From: Candidatus Binatus sp.
Lineage (GTDB): Bacteria; Desulfobacterota; Binatia; Binatales; Binataceae
Assembly: GCF_036522015.1 (NCBI RefSeq)
Contig: NZ_DATDGQ010000344.1
Coordinates: 1 to 56,205, forward strand
DNA: 56,205 nt
Reading direction: 5' to 3'
In this document: positions 1 through 8,740 of the stretch, piece by piece
Position numbering within the stretch: position 1 is the stretch's first letter
How the letters are laid out: the number at the start of each line of letters is the position of its first letter
Program-made: the position numbers and the translations under genes
Notes under the pieces: generated by a model
The model's database searches: none
Told to the model about the DNA's origin: nothing
The model's input: only the letters and a program-made list of their open reading frames with translations

Positions 1-1
1 C

Positions 2-244
2 TGGCTGAAGGTGCATCGCGAGGAGCCGCCGAAGATCTCGCCGCTGCCGGAGTTCTACCGGCAGACACAGGCGGCGTACAAAGTGCTGGCGTCGGCGGGT
101 GGCGGCTCGATGAAGTCGCTGACCAAGGACGCGCACATCAATCAGCAGGTGCTGATCCTCGCCTTCGGCGATCAATGGCAGTCGCAGGTCGCGTCGTTCG
201 GGCGTGGGTTGAGCGGTAGCAGCGGCTCGGGTTCCGGTCCTTAG
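2..244 (+). CDS. vWA-domain protein paralogue, C-terminal end only (5' end outside window)
   Basis: Frame is open to the window edge, with a TAG stop at 242-244. Its tail PLPEFYRQTQAAYKVLASAGGGSMKSLTKDAHINQQVLILAFGDQWQSQVASF aligns position for position with the tail of the next gene (PLPPFAKQAQAAYKVLAATGGGSIRSLSHDADVNHQVMILVFGDKWQEQVARF). Confidence 0.6.
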   Translation, partial: WLKVHREEPPKISPLPEFYRQTQAAYKVLASAGGGSMKSLTKDAHINQQVLILAFGDQWQSQVASFGRGLSGSSGSGSGP

Positions 245-293
245 ATCTTCCCTTCGCAGCGCTAACGATGATCCAGGAACCTAACCCCTAACC

Positions 294-311
294 CCTTCCC
301 TCGAGGGAAGG
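294..311. terminator. Perfect 18-nt palindrome CCTTCCCTCGAGGGAAGG, possible terminator or REP-type hairpin
   Basis: Read directly in the sequence, 50 nt after the stop of the upstream vWA paralogue. No U-tract follows. Confidence 0.25.
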
Positions 312-334
312 TGAACAATCGCGGAGGGGCAGAA

Positions 335-414
335 CAGAATCTTGAAGCGCGCGCGAAAGATGCGCGCTGAATAAGGACCCTCACCTTCGATCCTCTCCCT
401 TTCAGGGAGAGGGG
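335..414. repeat. Interspersed ~80-bp double-hairpin repeat, copy A
   Basis: CAGAATCTTGAAGCGCGCGCGAAAGATGCGCGCTGAATAAGGACCCTCACCTTCGATCCTCTCCCTTTCAGGGAGAGG matches 16819-16895 nearly base for base. It contains two hairpins: GCGCGC..GCGCGC and CTCTCCC-TTTCA-GGGAGAG. It is intergenic. Confidence 0.7.
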
Positions 415-509
415 AAGAGCAAATAGATCGCAAGAAAATCGTACCTCCTCCGATCTCAGTTTCAGGAGACGCCAATGCTCGGGGCGAGCCTGGCGCGAAG
501 GAGGATGCG

Positions 510-1697
510 ATGATTGCGTTCCTGGTTGTCTGCCTCGCCGTGTCTTGCTCGATACTGGTCGTAGCCTTCTTATGGAACCGGATCCGCGGCGTTCCCATTT
601 CAGCATCGATGCCGCCGGGCTTTCGCAGCGCGGCGCATTTTGCCGGCGGCCCATTTTCGTTTTCGATCGCGATTCATCTCGCGATCATTCTCACGCTCAT
701 CATCGCCGTGCATGAGAGCCGCGCGCGCGAGCAGCTAATCCTCATGATTGAACCCGGGTCGCTTCATCCCCTCGAGGCCGTCGAGCCGCTCGAGATTCCC
801 GACGTGCCGATTCCCGAGTTCAACACCAAACAACCGGACGATTTGCCGCCCGTCGTCGACGTCAACAAGGTGCTCGGCGCGAACTCAAGCGAAGTCGGTG
901 CTACGCCCTCGGACACCGGACTCGATATCGGGCGCCAACTCGGCAACTACATGAATCTCCGCCCTGGTTCGGGCGGCGACGGTGGCGGGACGTTTCCGTG
1001 GTTCATTACCGAGCTGCGTCACAAAGGTCTCGACGTAGTGCTGGTGATCGACGGCACCAAGTCGATGGACTTCGTGATGGCGGACGTGAAGGCGCGGATG
1101 ACGCAGCTCGCGGTACGAGTTCGCCAGCTCGTACCGATCGCGCGGGTCGGGGTCGTCGTGTTCGGCGGCAAGGGCGAACCGGTGGACATGCAGCCGTTGA
1201 CGCTCTCGACTGCGAAGCTGCAGTCGTTTCTCGGATCGATCCAGGCCAAGGGCGGCGGCGAATGGCAGGAGAACACGCTCGGCGCGGTGCAGGCCGCCGT
1301 CACCCGGATGGATTGGAAGCCATACGCGCGCAAGGTGATTGTGCTGATCGGCGACTCTCCCCCCGAGCAGGAAGATTTCGCACCGCTGCTCGCGCTCATC
1401 CGCGACTTCCGGCGCAACAACGGCACGCTCAGCGCCGTCGATGTCCAGCAAGAGGAGCATGAGCGCTACGAGCGCGAACTCTTCATCAAGGTTCATCGCA
1501 TCGAGCCGACGCCAAAAGACATCGGGCCGCTTCCGCCGTTCGCCAAGCAGGCTCAGGCCGCGTACAAGGTGCTCGCGGCCACGGGCGGCGGCTCGATCCG
1601 CAGTCTGAGTCATGACGCGGACGTCAATCATCAGGTGATGATCCTGGTATTCGGCGACAAGTGGCAGGAACAGGTTGCACGATTTGCGTCGAGGTAG
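510..1697 (+). CDS. Membrane-anchored von Willebrand factor A (vWA) domain protein
   Basis: ATG is preceded by AAGGAGGA. Two N-terminal hydrophobic helices and a Pro-rich linker come first. A vWA fold signature follows: VLVIDGTKSM (MIDAS-like D-x-T-x-S), VVVFGG and VIVLIGDSPP. TAG stop. Confidence 0.75.
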   Translation: MIAFLVVCLAVSCSILVVAFLWNRIRGVPISASMPPGFRSAAHFAGGPFSFSIAIHLAIILTLIIAVHESRAREQLILMIEPGSLHPLEAVEPLEIPDVPIPEFNTKQPDDLPPVVDVNKVLGANSSEVGATPSDTGLDIGRQLGNYMNLRPGSGGDGGGTFPWFITELRHKGLDVVLVIDGTKSMDFVMADVKARMTQLAVRVRQLVPIARVGVVVFGGKGEPVDMQPLTLSTAKLQSFLGSIQAKGGGEWQENTLGAVQAAVTRMDWKPYARKVIVLIGDSPPEQEDFAPLLALIRDFRRNNGTLSAVDVQQEEHERYERELFIKVHRIEPTPKDIGPLPPFAKQAQAAYKVLAATGGGSIRSLSHDADVNHQVMILVFGDKWQEQVARFASR

Positions 1698-1875
1698 ACG
1701 ACAGCGCATCGCACCAATGCAAAGCGGCAAACAAATGACACGGCGGTGCGATCCTGCCGCCTCGCGAGGTTCAAAGGTCAGAACCTCATCGGCGTTCCTG
1801 GTTCATAAGGCATGCGCCTGACCGTCGCAGCAAATTATTGGCGGGGTTCGGTCGCATTCGCAGATCGGTCGGTTA

Positions 1876-2289
1876 TTGCGGGCATGCAACTTGGATCATC
1901 ACGTGAGCACCGAAGCCGCGAGCGTTCCACCGATCGACATGAGCGCGATCACTCAGCTCGCCGACAACGATGATATGGGCGACCAATTTATCGCCGAAAT
2001 CATCAAGGTCTTTCTCGCCGACCTGAGCGAACGTGTGAACAAAATCGGATTGCAAATGAGCCAAGATGACCGCGCCGGCGTTGCGGCGACGGCACATGCA
2101 ATAATGGGCAGCTGCGGTCATTTTGGCGCCGCCAACCTGGTTGAGTTGTCTCGGATCCTCGAAGACCGCGCGAGGCGCGAACCAACTGGCGATCTACAAA
2201 TTGCGACCGATTCGATGATCGAGGAAACCAAACGTGTCCGAGCGGCGCTGGAAGCTTTTCAGCGCGACAAACTGGCGCCGACCTCATAG
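1876..2289 (+). CDS. Histidine phosphotransfer (HPt) domain protein; start uncertain (TTG 1876, or ATG 1939)
   Basis: FIAEIIKVFLADL...AATAHAIMGSCGHFGAANL matches the HPt H-x-x-K/M-G-S helix motif. No kinase or receiver gene is adjacent. Confidence 0.65.
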   Translation: MRACNLDHHVSTEAASVPPIDMSAITQLADNDDMGDQFIAEIIKVFLADLSERVNKIGLQMSQDDRAGVAATAHAIMGSCGHFGAANLVELSRILEDRARREPTGDLQIATDSMIEETKRVRAALEAFQRDKLAPTS

Positions 2290-2305
2290 ACGGGTCGTGG
2301 CACTA

Positions 2306-2887
2306 TCATGCAGTCGCGGTTTGAGCGGGAGCGGGGCCGGCGCCACTTCCACTGCTCAACGCAAGCATCACTTCTGTCCATCCGTCGAAAATCATATCGA
2401 TGCCGATGAACAGTCCGATGACCCACAGTCCGGAAACCGGCCACGAGCTCATGATCGAGAATCCGAGGACCAGCGAGATTGCGCCGTTCAGGATCAGCCA
2501 TCCGCGATGATGTATTGGAGTCGAAAAGGCTACGAAGATTCTGAAGGTGCCGGCGACGATAAGCAGCATCGCGATCAAGAAGGTGAGCGTCACTGCGGCC
2601 ACCCCGGGATGCGAAACCATCAGGAGTCCAGTTACCGCGTATAAAAGGCCGCCCATGAGATTGACAAAGAAGCCGCCCCACGCGCGGCGCGCGAATCCGT
2701 GAACTACTTCGAACAGCCCGCCCAAGATCAGCAGCCACCCCAGGAACATCACTGAGACCATCGTCATGATTTCGGCGCTACCTATCGCAATGGTGCCAAC
2801 GATAATGAGCGCCACTCCCATAAACAGAAACCAGCCACGATGCGCCCTTACTTCTTCGATTCCCAACACCGGTACAAGTAAAGCCAT
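2306..2887 (-). CDS. HdeD/DUF308-family membrane protein
   Basis: 193 aa, about six hydrophobic helices. The repeated G-x-x-x-I/L-x-G pattern (GWFLFMGVALIIVGTIAIG, GWLLILGGLFEVVHG, GWLILNGAISLVLG) is typical of HdeD-like proteins. Confidence 0.6.
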   Translation of the reverse strand: MALLVPVLGIEEVRAHRGWFLFMGVALIIVGTIAIGSAEIMTMVSVMFLGWLLILGGLFEVVHGFARRAWGGFFVNLMGGLLYAVTGLLMVSHPGVAAVTLTFLIAMLLIVAGTFRIFVAFSTPIHHRGWLILNGAISLVLGFSIMSSWPVSGLWVIGLFIGIDMIFDGWTEVMLALSSGSGAGPAPAQTATA

Positions 2888-2932
2888 CCTGGTCTCTCCT
2901 TGACTACCTGGTTTGAGTGAGCAAGTTACACG

Positions 2933-3400
2933 TCAACTCGCCGGCGGAGGCGCGGGCGATGCGGCGGGAGTCGTTTGAGTGGTGAAGTGGACTGCGGTGC
3001 CGGCGCATTCGAAGTACCCGCCTTCGTCATAGGGCTCGTAGGCGCCGTAGTCGTCATCGGCGACGAACCATACGCTGGTATTCACGATCGCATCGACCTG
3101 GTCGCCATACTTGCGATACGCGGCGGCTCTGAGTCCGTCGCCGTGGATTACCTGGCCGCCTGTCGAGTTCGGGAGGTTGAAGCAATAACCCTGGGCGCGT
3201 CCGAGCGCGGTGTACTGCGGATTGCCCTTGACGTTCGCGCCGTGGACGACCCTAATCTTTTTGTTCGCCGCACTGATGGCATCCTGCTGCTGCTGGAGGT
3301 GGGACACATCCTGCTCAACGCCCGTGCATCCTCCAAGCGCGACGATTGCAACTATCAGAAGAGCGAGCCGCATAACGTATCGTCTCCCGCCGATTTGCAT
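2933..3400 (-). CDS. Hypothetical lipoprotein (start ATG 3400 or 3373)
   Basis: Signal peptide MRLALLIVAIVALGGC has a lipobox (LGGC). The mature part is soluble and ends in a Pro/Ala-rich tail. The first 28-37 codons of the tracked ORF lack signal-peptide features. Confidence 0.55.
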   Translation of the reverse strand: MQIGGRRYVMRLALLIVAIVALGGCTGVEQDVSHLQQQQDAISAANKKIRVVHGANVKGNPQYTALGRAQGYCFNLPNSTGGQVIHGDGLRAAAYRKYGDQVDAIVNTSVWFVADDDYGAYEPYDEGGYFECAGTAVHFTTQTTPAASPAPPPAS

Positions 3401-3453
3401 ACTATAAGCCGCGCGCGCAGCTATCTCTTCTGCCCGCGCGACTAGAGCAGTCG

Positions 3454-3699
3454 TTATGAACTGTTCTTCCTGCGCTCCGCCCAACGCTTCTTCATCGCAA
3501 TTGACAGGCGCCTTCTGCCTGCTGGCGTCAGGCCGCCGCGCTTGCGCTTTTTCATCGTGGTTCCCTTGGGCCTGCCGACTCGCTTCTTCTTACCGCCGCC
3601 TGACAAAGCCGCGCCAGCCGATCCCAGCAGGGCAGTGATGGCCCGGCCGAGCCTGTCTCGTTCTTTAGCCAAGTCTGCGACTAATTTTTCAAGGTCCAA
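3454..3699 (-). CDS. Small, very basic protein with coiled-coil N-terminus and AT-hook-like GRPKG segment (putative DNA-binding)
   Basis: 81 aa. MDLEKLVADLAKERDRLGRAITALL is an amphipathic helix. A Gly/Ala linker follows, then KKKRVGRPKGTTMKKRKRGGLTPAGRRRLSIAMKKRWAERRK. Confidence 0.45.
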   Translation of the reverse strand: MDLEKLVADLAKERDRLGRAITALLGSAGAALSGGGKKKRVGRPKGTTMKKRKRGGLTPAGRRRLSIAMKKRWAERRKNSS

Positions 3700-3957
3700 G
3701 GGTTGCTCCTTTGGCGCGCTTGCAGTATGCAGCCCGCGCCTTCTCTAAACGTTCGTTAAGATTCGCGTCCTATAGATAGGTGTGCACGCTTACCCGTGTC
3801 AGCGCAATACCTACAATGACTATCAAATCGACTCAGTCGCGCAAAAGTTCGAAGATTTCCAGTTCGCGCCGAACATATATCAACAGTCTGCGATCAAAGC
3901 GGTAGCGAACGCCTTCGATAGCGAATAGATTAAACCGTATCCTGTCTGGAAAGCGTA

Positions 3958-5748
3958 TTGAAGGAACCGCACCGCACAAAATTTCTCGTCGAGCTCGTCA
4001 AACCCTCGCACTACGACGACGACGGCTACCTGATTCAATGGTGGCGCGGCTTCGTCCCGTCGAGTTCTCTGTCGAACCTCTACGGCCTCGCGCTCGACGC
4101 GCAGTCGCGGCACATCCTCGGCGAGAGCGTCGATCTCGATATCGAGGCTCACGACGAGACCAACGCCAAAGTGCCGGTGGGTGATATAGTTCGCAGGTTC
4201 AAACGCAATTCGAACCGCGGCGTCGTGCTGCTGGTCGGAGTGCAAACCAACCAGTTCGCACGGGCGGTCGATATCGCTCGCGAGCTGCGCGCCGCCGGGA
4301 TCCGGGTCGCGATCGGAGGATTCCACGTCAGCGGATGCCTCGCGATGCTGCCCGAGATGCCGCCCGAGATGAAGGACGCGCTCGCGCTCGGAATTACGCT
4401 GTTCGCGGGCGAAGCCGAGCATCGGCTTGACGAGTTGCTGCTCGCCGCGTTCGAGAATCGATTGACGCCGGTTTACAACTACATGGCCGATTTGCCGGCG
4501 ATGGACGGCGAGCCGCTCCCGTTCCTGCCGATGAAATACGTGAAGCGCTACGCCGGCTCGCTCGGCTGCTTCGACGCGGGACGCGGATGCCCGTTCAGTT
4601 GCAGCTTTTGCACGATCATAAATGTGCAGGGACGCAAGTCACGTCATCGCAGCGCCGACGACATCGAGCAGTTGATTCGCGCGCACGCGGCGCAGGGGGT
4701 GAAGAGCTTCTTCATCACAGACGATAATTTCGCGCGCAACAAGAATTGGGAGCCGATCCTCGACCGCATCATACAACTCAAGCGCCGCGACCGGCTGAAG
4801 ATAAACATCATCATGCAAGTGGACACCATGTGCCACAAAATTCCGAACTTCGTCGAGAAGTCGGTGCGCGCAGGGTGCAAGAAAGTTTTCATCGGGCTTG
4901 AGAACATCAATCCCGACAGTCTTAAGGGCGCGTCCAAGGGTCAGAATCGCATCACCGAGTACCGCAAGATGCTGCAGGCGTGGAAGCGCGCCAAAGTGCT
5001 GACCTACGCCGGCTACATCCTGGGCTTCCCGTCCGACACGCCCGCAAGCATCGAGCGCGACATTGCGATCATCCAGCGCGAACTCCCGATCGACATCATG
5101 GAGTTCTTCATGCTGACGCCGCTGCCCGGCTCCAAGGATCACCAGGACATGTATCTGCGCGGCGAGCGGATGGAAACGGACACCAACCAGTATGACGCCG
5201 AACATGCGACCGCGGATCATCCGCGGATGAGCGCCGCCGAATGGCAGGACATCTACCAGCGTGCGTGGCACCTGTACTATTCGCCGTCGCACATCGAGAC
5301 GCTGATCAAGCGGGCGGTCGCCAGCGGAATGCGCGCGCGGCGGATGACCTCGATGATTTTCTATTTCTACGGAAGTCATGCTTTCGAGCACGTGCATCCG
5401 CTGCAAGGCGGGATCATTCGCCGCAAGCCGCGCACGCAGCGCCGTCCCGGGTACCCGCGCGAAAACGCACTGATGTTCTTCATGCGGCGCGCACGCGAGA
5501 TGTCGATGACATACTTGCCTGCGCTGTTTTTCTTCTTGCGGCTGGAACGGCTGCGAAAAAGGATCGAGAACGATCCGGCATCGAAGCACTATATGGATGT
5601 AGCGCTAAGCCCGGTCGCGGATGACGAGTTCGACGCCGACCTCGAGCTGTACCAAGCGTCGGACTCAGCAGTACGCGCGGCGGACCAGGCCCGCTCGCGC
5701 GCCGAAGAGATGCGCAAGGTCGAGATTCGCCGCGCGGCGGCCGCCTGA
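3958..5748 (+). CDS. Class B (B12-binding domain) radical SAM enzyme
   Basis: TTG start. The N-terminal Rossmann-like cobalamin-binding region is VLLVGVQTNQFARAVDIARELRAAGIRVAIGGFHVSG. It is followed by the CxxxCxxC cluster GCPFSCSFCTI. 596 aa. Confidence 0.8.
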   Translation: MKEPHRTKFLVELVKPSHYDDDGYLIQWWRGFVPSSSLSNLYGLALDAQSRHILGESVDLDIEAHDETNAKVPVGDIVRRFKRNSNRGVVLLVGVQTNQFARAVDIARELRAAGIRVAIGGFHVSGCLAMLPEMPPEMKDALALGITLFAGEAEHRLDELLLAAFENRLTPVYNYMADLPAMDGEPLPFLPMKYVKRYAGSLGCFDAGRGCPFSCSFCTIINVQGRKSRHRSADDIEQLIRAHAAQGVKSFFITDDNFARNKNWEPILDRIIQLKRRDRLKINIIMQVDTMCHKIPNFVEKSVRAGCKKVFIGLENINPDSLKGASKGQNRITEYRKMLQAWKRAKVLTYAGYILGFPSDTPASIERDIAIIQRELPIDIMEFFMLTPLPGSKDHQDMYLRGERMETDTNQYDAEHATADHPRMSAAEWQDIYQRAWHLYYSPSHIETLIKRAVASGMRARRMTSMIFYFYGSHAFEHVHPLQGGIIRRKPRTQRRPGYPRENALMFFMRRAREMSMTYLPALFFFLRLERLRKRIENDPASKHYMDVALSPVADDEFDADLELYQASDSAVRAADQARSRAEEMRKVEIRRAAAA

Positions 5749-5749
5749 T

Positions 5750-6418
5750 CTAGTTCGCGGCCTGTTGCGCGGGCTGTTGCTGGTACAGCCCTGGCAAGCT
5801 TTTCTGAAACTGCTCCAGCTTCGGCAAGTCGTTGAAGACGATATAAGGCTGATCCGGATGCAGCTCGAGGTAGTTCTGATGGTAGTCTTCCGCCGGATAG
5901 AAGCCGGTAAACGGAACCACCTTGGTGACGATTGGCCCTGAGAATGCATGCTTCTGCTCGAGTTGCGCGATGTAGTCATCGGCCATCTTCTTCTGCGCGT
6001 CGTTCTCATAAAAGATCGAGGACCGATACTGAGTCCCTGAATCAGGGCCCTGCCGATTCAGCTCAGTCGGATCGTGCGCGACGAAAAAAAACACCTTCAG
6101 CAAATCGTCGTACGAGACCTTCGACGGATCGTATGTCACCTGCACTGACTCGGCATGTCCCGTCCTTCCCGTGCTGACGGTTTCGTACTGCGCAGTGTTA
6201 GCCGCGCCGCCCGCATACCCCGAAACAACCTTGGTCACGCCCTTCACGTGCTTGAAGACAGCATCGACGCCCCAGAAACATCCGCCCGAAAAAACCGCGG
6301 TAGCGCTATCGCCGCCAGGAGATTGGGCCGATACGTCGATCGGATTCAGGCCGAACGACATTCCCAGGGCAAGCAAGATCGCCAGTATCCACTTCGTTCG
6401 TAATTCCATGCTCATCAT
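5750..6418 (-). CDS. msrA: Peptide-methionine (S)-S-oxide reductase MsrA with Sec-type signal peptide
   Basis: Active-site motif AVFSGGCFWGVDAVF and VVSGYAGG. Three ATGs at 6418/6415/6409 precede MELRTKWILAILLALGMSFGLNPIDVSAQ. The longer tracked ORF would overlap the divergent ZIP gene. Confidence 0.85.
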   Translation of the reverse strand: MMSMELRTKWILAILLALGMSFGLNPIDVSAQSPGGDSATAVFSGGCFWGVDAVFKHVKGVTKVVSGYAGGAANTAQYETVSTGRTGHAESVQVTYDPSKVSYDDLLKVFFFVAHDPTELNRQGPDSGTQYRSSIFYENDAQKKMADDYIAQLEQKHAFSGPIVTKVVPFTGFYPAEDYHQNYLELHPDQPYIVFNDLPKLEQFQKSLPGLYQQQPAQQAAN

Positions 6419-6503
6419 ACTAGCAACCCGGAACGCTCTCGTCTGGTTCCCGCAGCAAGTTTGAATTTGACCATCGACACTAAACTCTGAGCAAATTCCA
6501 ACT

Positions 6504-7223
6504 ATGCGATTCGCGCCGATACTGCTTGCCCTGGTCACGCTCGTCTCGACCGGGTTAGGCGGGACGGCCGCCATCCGCCTGCGCGACCGGCTTCATTTGC
6601 TGCTCGGTTTCAGTTCGGGCGCGGTGTTAGCGGTCGCCCTGTTCGACATACTGCCGGAAGTTTTCGCATTCGACCACGGCGCTTCGTATATGCCGATCAC
6701 CGCGCTGGGGTTCCTGGCGTTCTTCGGCCTCGAACGCTACACCGCGATGCATCGCGCGCGCGAACACACTCACTCGGTGGGGGCGCATGAGCCGGAGCTT
6801 GGAGCGATGTCCGCGGCCGGCTTGGCCTTTCACAGTTTTCTGGACGGGGTCGCGATCGGGGTCGGCTTTCAGATGAGCGCGGCGATGGGACTCTTGATTG
6901 CGTTCGGTATAATCGCGCACGATTTCAGCGATGGGCTGAACACGGTGACCGTAGTTCTTGCGCATGGAAACTCGCCGCGACGCGCCGTTTTCTGGCTGAT
7001 AATCGACATGCTCACGCCCGTTCTGGGCGCAGCTTCGACGCTGATGTTCGACTTGAGGGGCGTGCTGCCGTTCCTGCTCGCGTTCTTTGCGGGCTCCTTT
7101 CTGTACATCGGCGCCTCGGACCTGCTGCCGGAAGCGCGCGAGCACGACTCACCGCTGGTTGGCATCGCGACCTGCATGGGGATGCTCGCGATCTTTCTGA
7201 TCACCCGCCTGCTGAACGGGTAG
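6504..7223 (+). CDS. ZIP-family divalent metal transporter (ZupT-like)
   Basis: HSFLDGVAIGVGF and IIAHDFSDGLNTV are signature ZIP TM4/TM5 motifs. A His-rich loop REHTHSVGAHE is present. 239 aa. Confidence 0.85.
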   Translation: MRFAPILLALVTLVSTGLGGTAAIRLRDRLHLLLGFSSGAVLAVALFDILPEVFAFDHGASYMPITALGFLAFFGLERYTAMHRAREHTHSVGAHEPELGAMSAAGLAFHSFLDGVAIGVGFQMSAAMGLLIAFGIIAHDFSDGLNTVTVVLAHGNSPRRAVFWLIIDMLTPVLGAASTLMFDLRGVLPFLLAFFAGSFLYIGASDLLPEAREHDSPLVGIATCMGMLAIFLITRLLNG

Positions 7224-7229
7224 GATTGC

Positions 7230-7247
7230 AAGCCCGACAGTGGGCTT
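7230..7247 (+). terminator. Hairpin AAGCCC-GACAGT-GGGCTT followed by T, after the ZIP gene
   Basis: 6-bp stem starting 7 nt after the TAG stop at 7221-7223. Confidence 0.4.
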
Positions 7248-7390
7248 TAGGCACGATGGCCGAGATTGGCGAAAGACAGGTACATATATATGGTCTGCGG
7301 TTATGGAAAAAACCGGAGCGACTGCTCTCTTTCGTTCAACTCGTTGCGTGATGCCGCATCGCGGCTTTACCGAAGATTGATCCCCAAATC

Positions 7391-8161
7391 ATGGCTCATA
7401 TTTTTGATGACGTTGATGCCTGGGCGATAGCGTCGACGGTCGCACTCGCGATGACCTTGGGCTGGCTCGCGGGGCGTCGGCGAGGGCGCCGCTTACGCGC
7501 AGAATTGAACGGTAAGCCTGCTGTATCCAAATTCGATGATGCCAGCCTAGCGCTCCTTGGTTTGCTCCTTGCGTTTACGTTTTCAACCGCGCTTGGCAAG
7601 CACGACCAGCGACGCATCATGGTGGTAACCGACAGCAACGCTATAGGTGACTTTTACACTTGCGCCAGTCTCCTGAAGGAACCCGAGCGGAGCAAATTGC
7701 GGAGCGTGATCCGCGACTATGCGGCCCTGAGAGTCGATCTCTCCACACGCGCCTACGATGCTCATGCTTTCGAACACGCACTTGGCCAATTTCAACAAAT
7801 GCACAACCAGATGGTTGAGCTGGTCTCCGCGGCGCTTGCGGATGGCACACCTATCGCGGTCCCGTTGACCAACACTCTCAACGCTGCGACCAGCAGCCAT
7901 GCCGAACGCCTCGCCGCAATCCGCGATCGGCTGCCGACCACCATCGTGCTGTTGCTCCTCCTATCGGCAGTAATCTCGGCATTGCTGGTTGGCAGAGAAC
8001 AAGGAGCGGCGGATGAAGCCGATATCGCGGGAACCGTCAGTTTCATCGTACTCATCAGCTTCGCCATATTTGTTACATTGGATCTGAACCAGCCTAACCG
8101 GGGCTTTATAGCTGTCGACCAGGAACCGATCCAGCGACTGCTATCAACGATGTCTCAATGA
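7391..8161 (+). CDS. Hypothetical membrane protein (DUF4239/bestrophin-like architecture, tentative)
   Basis: One N-terminal TM, one TM near residue 55, a long helical soluble region, and two C-terminal TMs (TIVLLLLLSAVISALLV, VSFIVLISFAIFVTL). The family guess comes from architecture only. Confidence 0.4.
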   Translation: MAHIFDDVDAWAIASTVALAMTLGWLAGRRRGRRLRAELNGKPAVSKFDDASLALLGLLLAFTFSTALGKHDQRRIMVVTDSNAIGDFYTCASLLKEPERSKLRSVIRDYAALRVDLSTRAYDAHAFEHALGQFQQMHNQMVELVSAALADGTPIAVPLTNTLNAATSSHAERLAAIRDRLPTTIVLLLLLSAVISALLVGREQGAADEADIAGTVSFIVLISFAIFVTLDLNQPNRGFIAVDQEPIQRLLSTMSQ

Positions 8162-8218
8162 GGCTACGTTCCAGAAGTATTCTGACGGAGTGAGTTGAGG
8201 CCGGGAGGTCGTTCAGCC

Positions 8219-8599
8219 ATGCCATCGAAAGATCGCTCGAAGGAACCGCCGGATACCGTCGATCCCTCGCCGACCCCTGCCAAAGGGAAGCGTTCGGACG
8301 CCGACTGGCCCCAGCTTCTCGCGCGCTTGGTAGAAGGAATAGTCACAGCCGAGTTGCACGAGTTCGAAGACAACGTGATGGCATTTCTCGACTCCGCCGT
8401 CTCGGATGCCTACGCGGCCTTCATCTGGATATGCGCGCGACTGATAGGCGCGGCTCTTCTATTGACGGCGCTGGTCCTGTTCCTGGGGATTTTTCTTCAA
8501 TGGTGGGCGGCGTTTGGGTTGCTGGGGGTAGTAGTTATCGCGATGGGCGCTCTCGCGAGACTTACGCGTCGTACACGTAAGCTCCGACCACGTCGATAG
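8219..8599 (+). CDS. Hypothetical membrane protein
   Basis: ATG 8219 is preceded by GGGAGG. The N-terminus is charged. Two adjacent TMs follow (AAFIWICARLIGAALLLTALVLFLGIF, WWAAFGLLGVVVIAMGALA), then a basic tail. Confidence 0.45.
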   Translation: MPSKDRSKEPPDTVDPSPTPAKGKRSDADWPQLLARLVEGIVTAELHEFEDNVMAFLDSAVSDAYAAFIWICARLIGAALLLTALVLFLGIFLQWWAAFGLLGVVVIAMGALARLTRRTRKLRPRR

Positions 8600-8740
8600 G
8601 ATCGATGCGATCGCTAGTGACCCACCAAGCTTTCCACGTGTTCGACATCGAAATTCTGGACGAGGACGTCGTCCCGGAAAATTTCGAGAGCTTGCGCGCC
8701 ATGTCGCGTCTGATCAAACGCGCGCAAGCGCGGTAACAAT

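Noticed and set aside
281-296. Telomere-like CCTAACCCCTAACCCC.
   Set aside because: There are only two units. They merge into the REP-like hairpin region, and there is no array.
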